64,000 nucleotides of DNA from Tubulanus polymorphus (taxonomy: Eukaryota > Animalia > Nemertea): contig NC_134033.1 of the NCBI RefSeq assembly GCF_964204645.1, positions 8,688,655 through 8,752,654 on the forward strand. Direction: 5' to 3'. Within the stretch, counting starts at the first letter, position 1; every line of letters begins with the position of its first letter. The notes under the pieces are model-generated. The model was given only the letters and a program-made list of their open reading frames with translations. It was not told where the DNA came from and made no database searches. The position numbers and the translations under genes are program-made. Shown piece by piece: positions 50,045 to 61,397 of this stretch.

Positions 50045-52299
50045 AGTTTAAATTACGTGTTACAAGTCCCTCCGTCGTAGAAATTTCATTCCTATTAGCA
50101 GTAGTTGCAGAGTTGAGTGAGTCCATGCAGCTACTCGTTACCCTACAAAGCTCTTTAACCCCCAACTCCACAAATCATTACGCACGCTCGATCGATGATT
50201 TGGGTTTTCTGTCCCGGAGGCAAAACAATTATGTCATTCCGTTTATGATTAGAGTTCTCCGCTTCGTCGCAAAAACCCTAGTGTTTTTCCCGCATAAATA
50301 TTGCCCGTTCAGACAGGATGGGAGATTATCTTGAATAACCGGAGGCGAATTTCCATGTTTATGTACTTCGACCGCCGATACACAGCTATATCTATACTTC
50401 GATTAGCCCCTGTTCCGATACTTGACACCAAATTAAAACAGAAATCAAACTGAATCTAAAGCCACAACCGTGGCAGCTTTTAAGCAATGATCAAACCAGT
50501 AAAGTTATTCAAAAAGTCAGGATGTTACTAAAACAATGCCCTATTAGAACGAAGACCGAATGCATTTTGCGGTACTAAAACTATGCATGGCTAAAAAGAA
50601 AACCGAAGACCTATGCACTCTTTAGAAATAATGGGGGCGCTATCTGTGTAATTCAATCACCTCCAATGAGTGTAGGCAATTTACCAGAAATAATCAAACG
50701 CATATGAAGCGTAAAATGGTCGAGTGCATATGTCTTCGTTTCGTAGTGCTTTGTTTTAGTAACACCCACACAGGCAAAACTAAAACTGCAGGACTAAAAC
50801 GAAGACCGAAGACCTATGCACTCATTAGAAACCAATCTCAAACTTGGAAATACAGCTGCAAAGCGGCGGTAACGGGTTTTCCACAAAGCCATTCAGGATG
50901 ATGGGAATTGAAGACAATTTGAATACCGATGCATAGAATAAAATGCATTTACTGATTCGAACCTAATATGCAACCTATGTGTAAACGTCCAATGTGATTC
51001 AGCTTCGAAACCGAACTTACGCAGATGCAATAAATACGAATGTTAATTGATTCGACCTGGCATTTATTTTGGCATTTAAACATTAAGGTATTATCATCAA
51101 GCTTAAAAAATTGATCCGTCTATTAAGAACTCATCTTTACAATCTGCTGAGTCGATAGGTTGAGGAAACTCACAGATAAGAACGTAATAGGATTTGGAAT
51201 AGATTTAAGGAATTAATCTTTTTAGTGAAATATTTGAATTAATGCATATATTGTAGCGTAGATTCAATCAATAGATTATGAATTGATTTGGTCTGGGTTT
51301 CGGGCCCGATGTTTATTTCGGCTTTTATGGATTTCGAATTCTATACTGATTAACAATTTATACCTGCATCATGTGTGTAAATATCACACCTATTCCACTA
51401 GTAACGTGTTCCCTAATAAACGGGACAGTCACTCTTAGTTACCGGTATAAGAAAAATAATGTTCATTCGTTATAGAAATTCATTACCCTTTTGAAAATTC
51501 TATAATAATATTTGTTCTGTCCTAATTTTTATTACTATGGACCAATGATATGCTTTGTAAATATGATGTAATAAGATATATTTGAATTTGAATTAAATTT
51601 GAATATTCTTTTCACTTGTCTTACTTGCACCGATGTGGATACTTCAAAGAACACTAGGGTTATTTTAATATTCTTATGCAGGAAATAATAAACCCAATCA
51701 ATAGGCCCTATTCCCATTGGTATAATTCGTACAGCTGTACCGTACACTTATCAGTCGAGATTGGAGAAATCGGTATACCAAACCTATGTACAGCAAAATG
51801 TACTGGCCTGCATAATGATTTCTAGTATACAAGCCGTGACCACATGGCTGTTTTGGATCTAGGTTTGACTATGAATGTCAGCGGGTCAGACAAGGCCCGC
51901 GCAAAATTTGATCGCATAGCTCAAATCAATTAGCCTTTCTGCGCGTAAATACTTCACCGTATAATTTTGATAACATCGAGTGAATAGTATATTATTCACA
52001 CTGGTCAGTGTCCTCGGCTCCGCGTTATTTAAGCGATGGCGAGCATAAACAACCCTGGTCCTAACCACAGCCCCCACTCCCTACCCTCACCACATATAGT
52101 AATCCCCAACCACACAAATAATCCCCAACTCCACAAATAATCCCCAACCCCACAAAACCCAAAAAAATCATCATCATCACTCCGCAGTAACAGCAATTGG
52201 ATCACCTCTGAAAGAGACCACAGTCGGGACACAGGTAGGGTCCGACACTATGGGGCCTCAATGAGTGAGAGGGGAGGAGGGATGAGGGGAGGACTGAGG

Positions 52300-52420
52300 G
52301 GATGACGTCACACTGGAAGTGACGTAATACCGGGAGTTACGTCATCCAAGATGGCGACAGGAAGTGACAATATCCAAGATGGCGGCTGGAAGTGACGTCA
52401 TCCAAAATGGCGACCGGAAA
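52300..52420. promoter_or_regulatory. Tandem ETS (CCGGAAGT), CRE/ATF (TGACGTCA) and YY1 (CAAGATGGCG) motifs in the Polinton TIR (mirrored at 59455-59555)
   Basis: Repeated ggaagtgacgtcatccaagatggcg units. Confidence 0.7.
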
Positions 52421-53329
52421 TGACGGTTGAAATAGTGGGAAAATTCAAATTCAAATTTTTGGCGGGAAATTCAATTTTTCCGTTTAATCCAAACTAAATT
52501 ATTGGTATGAATAAAATCCCAATTTATTCATTAGATGGTGCCACAATGCGAGATCCTATGCGTGTGTCTGTGTGCGTGCGCGTGTGTAGAGGGAGGGATA
52601 CAGGGGGAGTATCATGGGGTTTAAAATCAGTTTAAAATTTGCCCAGCTATCACAGACGGAATCCAGTTATTTTGGGCAGTTTTGAAGACGCTTCAATGTA
52701 ATGTCTTGATATTTGGGTTACACATGCATCTACCCTAGACACATCTTCAGCCCAAAAACTGGCCCTGTCAGTATCAAGATGGCCGACTGGCAGCCATTGT
52801 TGTTTGCCAAAATCAGCACTTTTTACACGTTTTTGAACTTTTTGAGGGAAATTTTGAAGACACTTTGATCAATTACCTCGATCTTTTGTATATATTTGAA
52901 TCCCCCAAGGGCCCATAAGCATAACAAAAATTGGGTCGATCGGACTCAAGATGGCCGTCCTATGACATTTTTAGTGTCCAAAAATGTCGATATATTTTGC
53001 CGTCGTCTTATTTTCATTTTGACCGATTTTTCCCCACAGTTCGCATCCCCATGGCTTTTTTAATCGTATCTTCTTCGAGCTGGATACCCGCCTCTCTTTC
53101 TAAATAGTCCGAAATGAATTTATCCTTCTGTTTGCGCGACATATCTTAAGCCGGCCAGCCACTAGCTTCGGTTTTAACATGTATGTAATCCCCGAATAAA
53201 CCCGTTTCATTAGTCAACCAAGTCCGAATTTCATATATATCTACTATCTTATAACCAAGTTACACTGCTTTTTCTACCTCTTAAGTTACCCAGGTGCCCG
53301 TTATCGAACGTTTATCGAACTGCGGCTAT

Positions 53330-53810
53330 CAATGGTACGCAACTCGTTAAATGCTGATATAGATTTATCTAGGCCAATGTATTCTTGATCCATTTTAGTT
53401 TGCACCAACGACATGTGTAAAATATCATCATTGTTGCTTCCACGAATTTAATTTTCCTAGTAAATCAACTCGCCTTTATCATTCCATTCCAAAATTCCTA
53501 GATTATCTTCAAAAAATGCACATAGGGATTTGTATGTTCCTAAATCTTAACGGTAACCGATCAATTATTTTCTGTGTAGTATGTTTGCCCAAGATTTCTT
53601 CAATATCGTGTGTCGTTTGGTTAACGTCCTTTTCTGCAGATGATTTATACATTACTTGCTGTAATAACTGATAATACTTTAAGTATTTGAGATCGTCGGG
53701 TAATTTTTTATCCGCTAGAGGGTTGTAGGTAGCGGGTGTTTCTTTTTCTCGTCGACGCTCTTGACTGGCGAAAAAAGCTTGTATCGAGGGTAAAATGGAA
53801 TCGGATGAAA
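53330..53810 (-). pseudogene. Conserved Polinton hypothetical gene, decayed
   Basis: L.D..LPDDLK...Y.QLLQ and DDKGELI....IRGSN.DD pattern. Confidence 0.5.
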
Positions 53811-53813
53811 TGA

Positions 53814-54176
53814 TTAACTTTTCAACGTTCTACGAGCTGTTGCCTTATCTACTATTCGGTTTGCGGCGTTCGTTAAAACTGACGTCAGGATAGGCTTCAA
53901 AAAAGGTAATGAAATGAATGGTAGAAATCCACCTTTTTGCGAATTTATTCCATGTTTATGTTTAATGGCTATCGAATTTTTGGCCAGCATACGAACGTAA
54001 CGCTTATGTTGTTTTAACACGCGTTTATCTTTGTCGCCATGTTTTATATTCCCGGCTAAACTGTTTTTGGATATCTCGCATACGCACTTGATTAAGTCTG
54101 ACGGCGCCGATTCTATCAACTCTTGACGTTGTTTTTTATTACATTTACCCAATACGTGTAAATGATGTACATATTT
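53814..54176 (-). CDS. Polinton basic core-like protein with protease-site motif GGFL; 5' end interrupted by Penelope
   Basis: LIKCVCEISKNSLAGNI...QKGGFLPFI is a typical Polinton small gene. Confidence 0.65.
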   Translation of the reverse strand, partial: KYVHHLHVLGKCNKKQRQELIESAPSDLIKCVCEISKNSLAGNIKHGDKDKRVLKQHKRYVRMLAKNSIAIKHKHGINSQKGGFLPFISLPFLKPILTSVLTNAANRIVDKATARRTLKS

Positions 54177-54748
54177 AGATCTTGGGTAGAGAGTCTAGAT
54201 AATTAAAAATCCATAGCAGCAAAAACAGTACAAATCTCATTTCTAATGAGTAACATATATTTATTATAGCGAACGTTTTCGGGAGTTACATTATCCCCTC
54301 TTCAGGCATAGCGCAAGTGATTAAATTTACATATCATACTGGTATTTATATAGAATAAGACGAAGCTAATTACAAACAATTTCAAATTACTGAGTGACAA
54401 GATAATCATAATATAAAGATACCTAATTACACACAATCTAAATTACTGAGTGAAGATATTTGACTAGTGGTTAATTATCTAAAAACATTGAGGATGAATC
54501 CTGAACCGTGTTCGAATAGTTGTTGATTAAGGGAGGGCTGTTGAGTTTTGATAAAAAGTGCTTCTCTTATTTTACAATCTAAATCGGAGGAACCTTTATC
54601 TAAAATTTTGAAATTCTTTTCGCTAAACGAGACCTGACAGTCACGACAGTTTGATAGATGTTGGCCAATTGCTGAAGTCTTAAGTTTGTGCACCTTAACT
54701 CTTGTTACTAGGTGTCTTTTTGTTTTACCTATATAGGCAGTGTTTATA
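54177..54748 (-). mobile_element. Second copy of the same Penelope family (GIY-YIG end plus pLTR with hammerhead at ~54265-54312)
   Basis: Nearly identical to 31627-32170. Confidence 0.9.
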
Positions 54749-55169
54749 TTGTGATATGATTGTGTATATATACATCAATAAAAGTAGTTCCAAGTATGGT
54801 GGTCGTTCTTGTCATGTGTTTTTGTTATCTGACGCTCTGACAGTCGAATATATTTCAAGTCCTGATATCGGAGGACATCATAACATGGTGGCAGCGGAAA
54901 CAATAGACGCCAGAGATCATCCGAAACGCAGTAAGTCATCTTGCCGAGACTTATGTACGCCATAATTGTCGTAGATGTAGTTGGTTAAACTGTTAACTTC
55001 GAATATCGGATGTCATCGATTGCTGCTTGCTATTTCGCAAAGGGCGGGAAAGTAATGACTTTGACTGTCACACATTTGGGTATTAAGTTTTTGGACACGT
55101 TAAATTTTCTACAAATGAAACTTGTTAAATTACCCGAAACACTAGGTATTTCGGAAGTGGAAAAGGATA

Positions 55170-56580
55170 TTTTCTGTCTTACTATGTTTTCAGTATATGA
55201 TAATGAAGCAATTCTGAGCGCGTTATACTCATAGGAACACAGTAAAACTATATATTTTCTGTTTCAGGACTACTTACTCTATCTAAAAAGATATAATTTT
55301 TAAAGATTTTGGTTGTCTGAAGTCAGATGGGGGTCCCCTGAGGGTCACTCAAATAAGGAAAACTCAGGAAAAATAGAAATCAGGGAGAAACTAACTATAA
55401 CTCTCCATTTTATCGACGATAGGTCTATTGTTGATCACTGGGAAAAGATTTAGGGTCATCGGATCATTTTGGGGTCAATTCCTCGGGGTCAACGAAAGGT
55501 CAAAAGAGGCCAATTTTTTTGTATTTTCCCATTTCTCAGTCAATATGTCCTCTCTGGCCTCCTCTAATGCTGAGTATCCTCTCATGAGCTTAAATAAAGT
55601 ATTTCTCGAGGTGTCTTTGAATATTAGGGGGTCTTTATTACCCCCCCCCCCCCATTCATTCAAAGTTTCAAGTACATTCAAAGTTTGTTCCATGATTGTG
55701 GAATAGTATTGATAGTTATTACAACGTAGTAGTTATTGAATAGTTGATCAGTTGTTCTTGTAATCGTTTTCAGTGTGGTACCGGTTGAAGCATTCGCCGT
55801 GGCGCAGACCACGTCGATCACTGCAAGTGCCGCAATAGAACTTTGTTTGTTTGCGCATGCCCCCCAGCAGGGAAGTCGGAGCAAACTTTGGACGACTTAG
55901 GCTTCGGCCATCAGACGATGAAATTTGCTGTCTAACCTCTCGAGAGGTGGGCCAAGTGACGGGCGGCTGCGTTGCACATCGATGGCAACTTCGGGAACCA
56001 GCTTCTCGACGAGACTTTCTCTGAAGTGCAATGCTGCTGGTCGTTATTCAATTTCCAGAGGATATACGCATTCGTAACGGATGCCTCGAACACCCAGAAG
56101 AAAACCTTTTTCCACCATTTGATGGATTTTCGCGCGCTTTCATAGTATTTGTTATACTGGTCATGGAGATCCACGTCAGACAATCGGCACTTCGTCTCGC
56201 TCGTCGCTTTTGCTAAAGGTCGAAATTAACGGATACTAGGTGTTTTTCTTGCCAATTTAGAAGCAACACATTTTCATTCCGACGCGCTAAGATTTCGCCA
56301 CGTTGGTGACGACGAACTGTGATTGCATGGGGCAATCCAACAAGATTGTCCCGGTGTAGTGACAACCATTTTCTTATAACTTTTCGGCGAGCTGCAGGCT
56401 GATGTACAGCCGACTGCAATAAATATTGTGTCCGCGGCCGAAAAAACGGTCTCGAAATATCCATCACAACCTGCGCGGTTTTTGACAGTCCAGGTTCGAC
56501 AACGACGTTGTCATCTCTGCCGACGTATAGGACACCAATAGGACACCGCATATACATAATACAAATTATCACCGCTAGTT
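55170..56580 (-). mobile_element. piggyBac (PGBD4-like) transposon remnant
   Basis: YVGRD..LSKTAQVVMD, W.EK..V, D.HDQ...YY...RKSIKWWKKVFFW.....VTNAYILW and a C-terminal Cys-rich tail across frames. Confidence 0.8.
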
Positions 56581-56619
56581 AGCGTCATTCGTAATTAGTC
56601 ATTAACTTTCGAATTCAAG

Positions 56620-57052
56620 TAGTTCAAAACGTAAAGCAAACCTTCAGCACGGCAGAGGACTGGACCGAAGATGATCTAGAAACGAAATTGGTAGAATTAT
56701 GGTGTAAGCGACCATCTTCATATAATGTCGTTAGCACGTTGTATTCGTAACAGAATCAGAAAGATCAAAGTCTTAAAGAAATAGCTTTTCTAATAGAAAT
56801 AGATTTCCCAATAATTCAAAATAATTCAAATTTATTCTCAAAATGCTTATCACGTGACCATTTGAGCCGTTGCAGTTGCTAGTCATCGCAACCGACATAA
56901 GCAAGGAAGCATGGGAGGATCTCGTATCCCGCTAGTCGGCCTCAGTTGCTGCGAATCGGAGCACAGTCGACATAAGCTGGGCTGCGATCGCGGTTGCTCT
57001 CAGTTGCGTCGGTAGGAGTCGGAAGGCGTCGCGTTGTTGACATAAGCCAGCC
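56620..57052 (+). mobile_element. PIF/Harbinger remnant with MADF/Myb-like fragment and right terminus
   Basis: WTEDDLETKLVELWCKRP..YNV.S..Y...NQK...LKEIA; repeated gacataagc ending ...AAGCCAGCC. Confidence 0.5.
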
Positions 57053-57391
57053 ATTATCGTCGGCCTGCCGAGGGTCCAAAATGGAATATTACGGCATTTC
57101 TAACATCTGTTGAAAATTTCAAATAAAACTCTGAAAATAATTAGCCGTATCAGTGCATAGAAATAGTAAATCTATCTACGTTTATTAGTTGTTTACAGCG
57201 TTATTTTTATTGCTATTGTAATTTCCTATAATTTCAATTTACGCATCATAAATCCAAAGTATAAAATTGTGAATGAAGGAAAAGAAAAATAAAAACAAAC
57301 AGACAAAAAATATGTGCAATAAAAGAAAAAACAAGAAAAGATGAGAGAGAGGTAATACAGTATTTAATATATGCATACAATATTCTTTAGG

Positions 57392-58052
57392 GGTGAACGG
57401 AAAGAATGGCCAAGGAAAAAAATGGCCAAGGAAAAAATAGATAGATTACATAGAAAACTAACCATCATTTTATTGACATACAAGAAATCAAATGCATTGC
57501 TGTTTTGAAATGTCACTTTCTGAGATTATTAGACCTATTCCTAGATTAGTTTACTAGGTAAATTTATGATGAGCATCTCACTTCGATGTTATCAGACACT
57601 ACACCAGTTTGCTATATAAATTACCACACAATTTCAATGCACTTACCTTTGATAAGACAGTCTGTGCCCTAATAGCTTACTTAGATATTTTGAAATATTA
57701 ATTTAGTTAATTTATTAAGTTTAAGTTTATCACTATTGAGTTTATCCATTGCCAACTAGCATGATAGTTCTTTATATATTCATTATATGTAATGAAATTA
57801 AATGTAAGTTCATCAAATTTCTGAACTCATTAAACCGATTTTAATTGTTTTCAGCCCCATGAAAAATAAATGATCTCATTAAATTGAAAGCTTAATGTTT
57901 ATTACCATTGTCAGTAGTTCTCATAAATTTTCCTTGGCCTTTATATCGTGGCCATTTTTTCCTTGGCCATTTCTTCCAAGGCAAATACCTTGACAATTCT
58001 TTCCTCGGCCATTTTTTTCCTGGCCATTTTTTCCTTGGCCTTTTTTTCCTTC
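57392..58052. mobile_element. MuDR/Rehavkus-like non-autonomous element with 15-mer subterminal arrays
   Basis: aatggccaaggaaaa repeats on the left, ttttccttggccatt repeats on the right; ATTCTTTAGG duplicated at both flanks (57382-57391, 58053-58062). Confidence 0.65.
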
Positions 58053-58167
58053 ATTCTTTAGGTGATATTTACAAGCCCATAATATCGCGATATTTAAGAA
58101 GATTGGTTTATTGGGATTAATTAGTAAAGAATTACCTAGTGTTTCAGGTAATTTAGCAAGTTTCATT

Positions 58168-59452
58168 TTCTACCAATGAAACTTGCTAAATTACCTGAAA
58201 CACTAGGTATTCCGGAATTGGAAAAAGGATATTTTCCGTATAAATTCTGCACTCGCGAAAATATTGATTACATCGGACCTATTCCCGCTACAGAATACTA
58301 CAATCCCGACGGTCTTAGTTCGAGCGAGAGGGCCTATTTAAAAAAGTGGCATAGCGATCGTCAGTCGGAAAATTTCATTTTTGTGATGCAACGCGAGTTG
58401 GTCGAATACTGTCGTTCGGATGTGGATATTCTGATGCATTCGGTCATAAATTTTCAACATCAATTCTTTGCTCTTTCGGCCGTTGATCCATTTCGTAATA
58501 GCATCACTATAGCGTTGGCGTGCAATGTGGTGTTACGAACAAACTTTTTGAAACCAACAACAATTATAGGGTTAATCCCTCCGGGCAGTTATAAGCCTAA
58601 TGCAAAATTTTCCAAGATGGCAATTAACTTGTTGAAATGTGTGTCCACAACGAACGACATTAGAGTCCAACACGCGTTGAACGGCGGCGAAGTATCGATT
58701 GACCGCTTTAAAGTAGACGGTTATCACGCCGAATCTAACACCGTGCACGAATTTCACGGTTGTATATATCACGGATGCCCGAAGTGTTTTAAAAATCCGG
58801 ATTTGATATGTCCGGTACGACCCGATCGTAAATTTGGCGAATTATATCAGGTTAGAAAAATCTTCCAAAATTAGGGCTTTGGGGTACAATTTGTTGGAAT
58901 TTTGGGAACACGAATATCGTGAGTTGGTTAAAGAAAACCACGCATTTGCAGATTTTGTCAAGAAATCTGATATGCTCGAACCGTTAAAACCACGTGCGTA
59001 TTTTTCGGAGGTCATACGAACGCGATAAAAATATATCGCAAAGCCGAGGGTGAAGACAAAATTAAGGACATCGACATATGCTCGTAGTACCCGTATGTCA
59101 ACATTCGTTGCAGTTATCCGATCGGTCATCCGAGTATTGTGATCTCGAAAATTATTATGGGTTGATCAAGTGTAAGGTTTTACCGCCTCGGGGTTTATAT
59201 CTACCCGTGCTTCCGTATAGATCGGATGGGATATTGACTTTTCCATTCTGTCGAACGTGCACTAATGAAAGCAATCAGCGCGAAAAGTGTCATCATTCGG
59301 CTGATGAACGTTCGATAACGGGCACCTGGGTAACTTAAGAGGTACAAAAAGCAATAAAACTTGGTTAAAAGATATAAGATATATAATTTGGAATTGGGAG
59401 ACTAATGAAACGCGTCTATTCGAGGATAACATAGTAAAATTCCTCAAAGTTA
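58168..59452 (+). pseudogene. Protein-primed DNA polymerase B with VSR-like nuclease insert, frameshifted
   Basis: KGYFPYKF...YIGPIP, YCRSDVDIL, HALNGGE...VDGY...EFHGCIYHGCPKCF, WEHE, YP, GLIKCKVLPPRGLYLPVLP, GTWVT. Confidence 0.9.
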
Positions 59453-60332
59453 AAGGATGACGTCACTTCTGGCTGCCATCTTGGATTACGTCACTTCCGG
59501 TCGCCGTCTTTGATGACGTCACTTCCGGTATAACGTCACTTCCGGTGTGATGTCATCTCCTCCTCCCCCTCACCCCTCCTCCCTCTCACTCATTGAGGCC
59601 CATAGTGTCGGACCCTAACTACTAAAGTATCCCTTTAAGAACAGGATGTCCTTTTGAACTCCCTCGGAAAACCCATCTCGCTTATCAGGCGTTTGTTGCC
59701 GCTCGACTGAAGCCTCATCCGGTGACTACTTTAGTTGGAGGCAAAAGCGCCCTGGCAAAGGGGGAGGATGGGGAAATGTCACTTACCGGTACTTTCCGAA
59801 CTTCGCTTACCGAAAAAGACCGATCGTGGACAAATTGATTGATATATGTCTCAGTAAAAATGTCCGATAAATCCCGTGACTCCCGTAGGCTACAGAAATA
59901 TAAACATAGGTACCAAGGTAAATTGTATGTGAGAGTGAGTCAAAATCACTTAATTCGTCAATTGGATAAATCGTTACTTTTGAGCCGGTCCCAAAAGTGG
60001 CGATCAAAGCGAGGTCGACTGATAAAGGTACAGGACAAGCATAGATGGGCCTTCCAACTAAATCAATTTTTTGAATATATCTAATAACCCGCGCATCGCC
60101 AGTGCCGTTTGAGGTTTTCTGGATCAATATTGAAAGGGCTTAGAAAAATTTATCAAGAAATGTAGCTAATCCAACAAATTCATTCGCATTTTACAGGCAG
60201 TAAAACGGGGTACCGTACCTGCTTCAATAAAAAACGTCATTGATATTAGTAATTGGAAAAGTGGGGTTTCAGATCAGAGGGCGCGAGGGCGATACATCAC
60301 TCATCACCACAAGTAACTTTTTCCCGTAATAA

Positions 60333-60659
60333 ATGGGAGATAGAAAAGCATTCTTAGCAACAATAAATAACAGAATAAAATCAGCAAAAAAACAATTTGA
60401 AATAAAAAAGTTAGTCGATTTTACAGAAGAAATTGAACACAAAATATTGAAATTAGAAAAGATAAAAACTAAATATGGTGAGAAAGTATCAGCATATTTA
60501 AGTTACTGTAATGTAAGTACATCGCGAGAATTTAGATTATTTTTACCTGATAAATGGGTTGCATTGAGTACAGAGGAATTAAAAGATTTCGAAGGATTTA
60601 AAATAATCTATCATGGGAAGAATGAAGACGGGTTTCATGATTTAGAGATTGTTGATTAA
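60333..60659 (+). CDS. Polinton small beta-rich (possible SSB-like) protein, 108 aa
   Basis: Intact ORF, KKL.D...TKYG.KV...FLPDKW...IIYHGKNEDGFHD; homolog of 27375-27733. Confidence 0.7.
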   Translation: MGDRKAFLATINNRIKSAKKQFEIKKLVDFTEEIEHKILKLEKIKTKYGEKVSAYLSYCNVSTSREFRLFLPDKWVALSTEELKDFEGFKIIYHGKNEDGFHDLEIVD

Positions 60660-60705
60660 ATTTTAAAAAAAATAAAACACTAAAAAAAATTAAGAAATAA
60701 AAATA

Positions 60706-61313
60706 ATGAATATCAAGAATCCGAAATGACTTATCTCAATGATTTTATGTTAGAACAGCCAACATATACAACGTATAAAAAAATTGTTAGAAAATATAAA
60801 ACTCGTAAAACTATGGTAAGTTATGTAGATCAACAGTGGCAAGGAGATTTAATTGATATGAAAAATTGTTAAGAAAGATAATGATGATTATTGGTGGTTA
60901 TTGAATATAATTGATGTTTTAAGTCGTTATGTATGGAGCTTCCCACTTTATAGAAAAGATGCTGCACAAACATCATTAGTTTAAAAAAAATTTCCTTCGG
61001 ATGATAAACTAAAACCAGAAAAAAATACAATTTGATGATGGAAAAGAATTTGATAATTCATCTGTTCATGAAACCTATCGACGCTAGAAAACCTGAAAAT
61101 GCTGAAATTGTTTGGAATAATTTATATGGAGCATTTCTTGTAGATGATTTTGGTGAACCTAAATTTATAGTTGGTCAAAATGTTAGAATTTCTAAGTATA
61201 AAAAGATATTTGACAAAGGATACGATCGTAATTTTACTAGATAAATATATTAACTAAAAAAGGTAATAACAACAAAACCATATGTCTATAAATTAGAAGA
61301 TTTAGATGGTGAA
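60706..61313 (+). pseudogene. Polinton retroviral-like (rve) integrase, frameshifted, internally deleted, 3'-interrupted
   Basis: QQWQGDLIDM, IDVLSRYVW..PL, Q.DDGKEF, MKP.D, KF.VGQNVRISK.K..F.KGY..NFT, YKLEDLDGE. Confidence 0.85.
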
Positions 61314-61397
61314 AGTAATTGGAAGATGGCGTTTTCAGGCCAGAGTACGAGAGTACTAAACACCACTCATCACCACAAGTAATTTTTTTTCTAATAA

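Larger units (their letters stand above)
52236..59623. mobile_element. Rearranged Polinton/Maverick element B (VSR-type pPolB) with GC-rich TIRs, carrying nested insertions
   Basis: TIRs at 52236-52420 and 59455-59623, the right one ending ...CCCTAACTACT (canonical 5'-AGTAGT); pPolB pieces at 53030-53320(-), 55030-55170(+), 58168-59452(+); core-protein-like ORF with QKGGFL. Confidence 0.85.
60248..61313 (+). mobile_element. Left end of a Polinton (family C): AGTAAT terminus, small ORF and integrase
   Basis: Abrupt switch to very AT-rich coding DNA after AGTAATTGG at 60248. Confidence 0.75.

Noticed and set aside
57908-58166. Repetitive ORFs (GHFFLGHFF / KNGQEKNG)
   Set aside because: Translations of a 15-bp subterminal array and a snap-back palindrome, not genes
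59807-60127. Short ORFs between Polinton B and C
   Set aside because: No recognisable motif and no support beyond length
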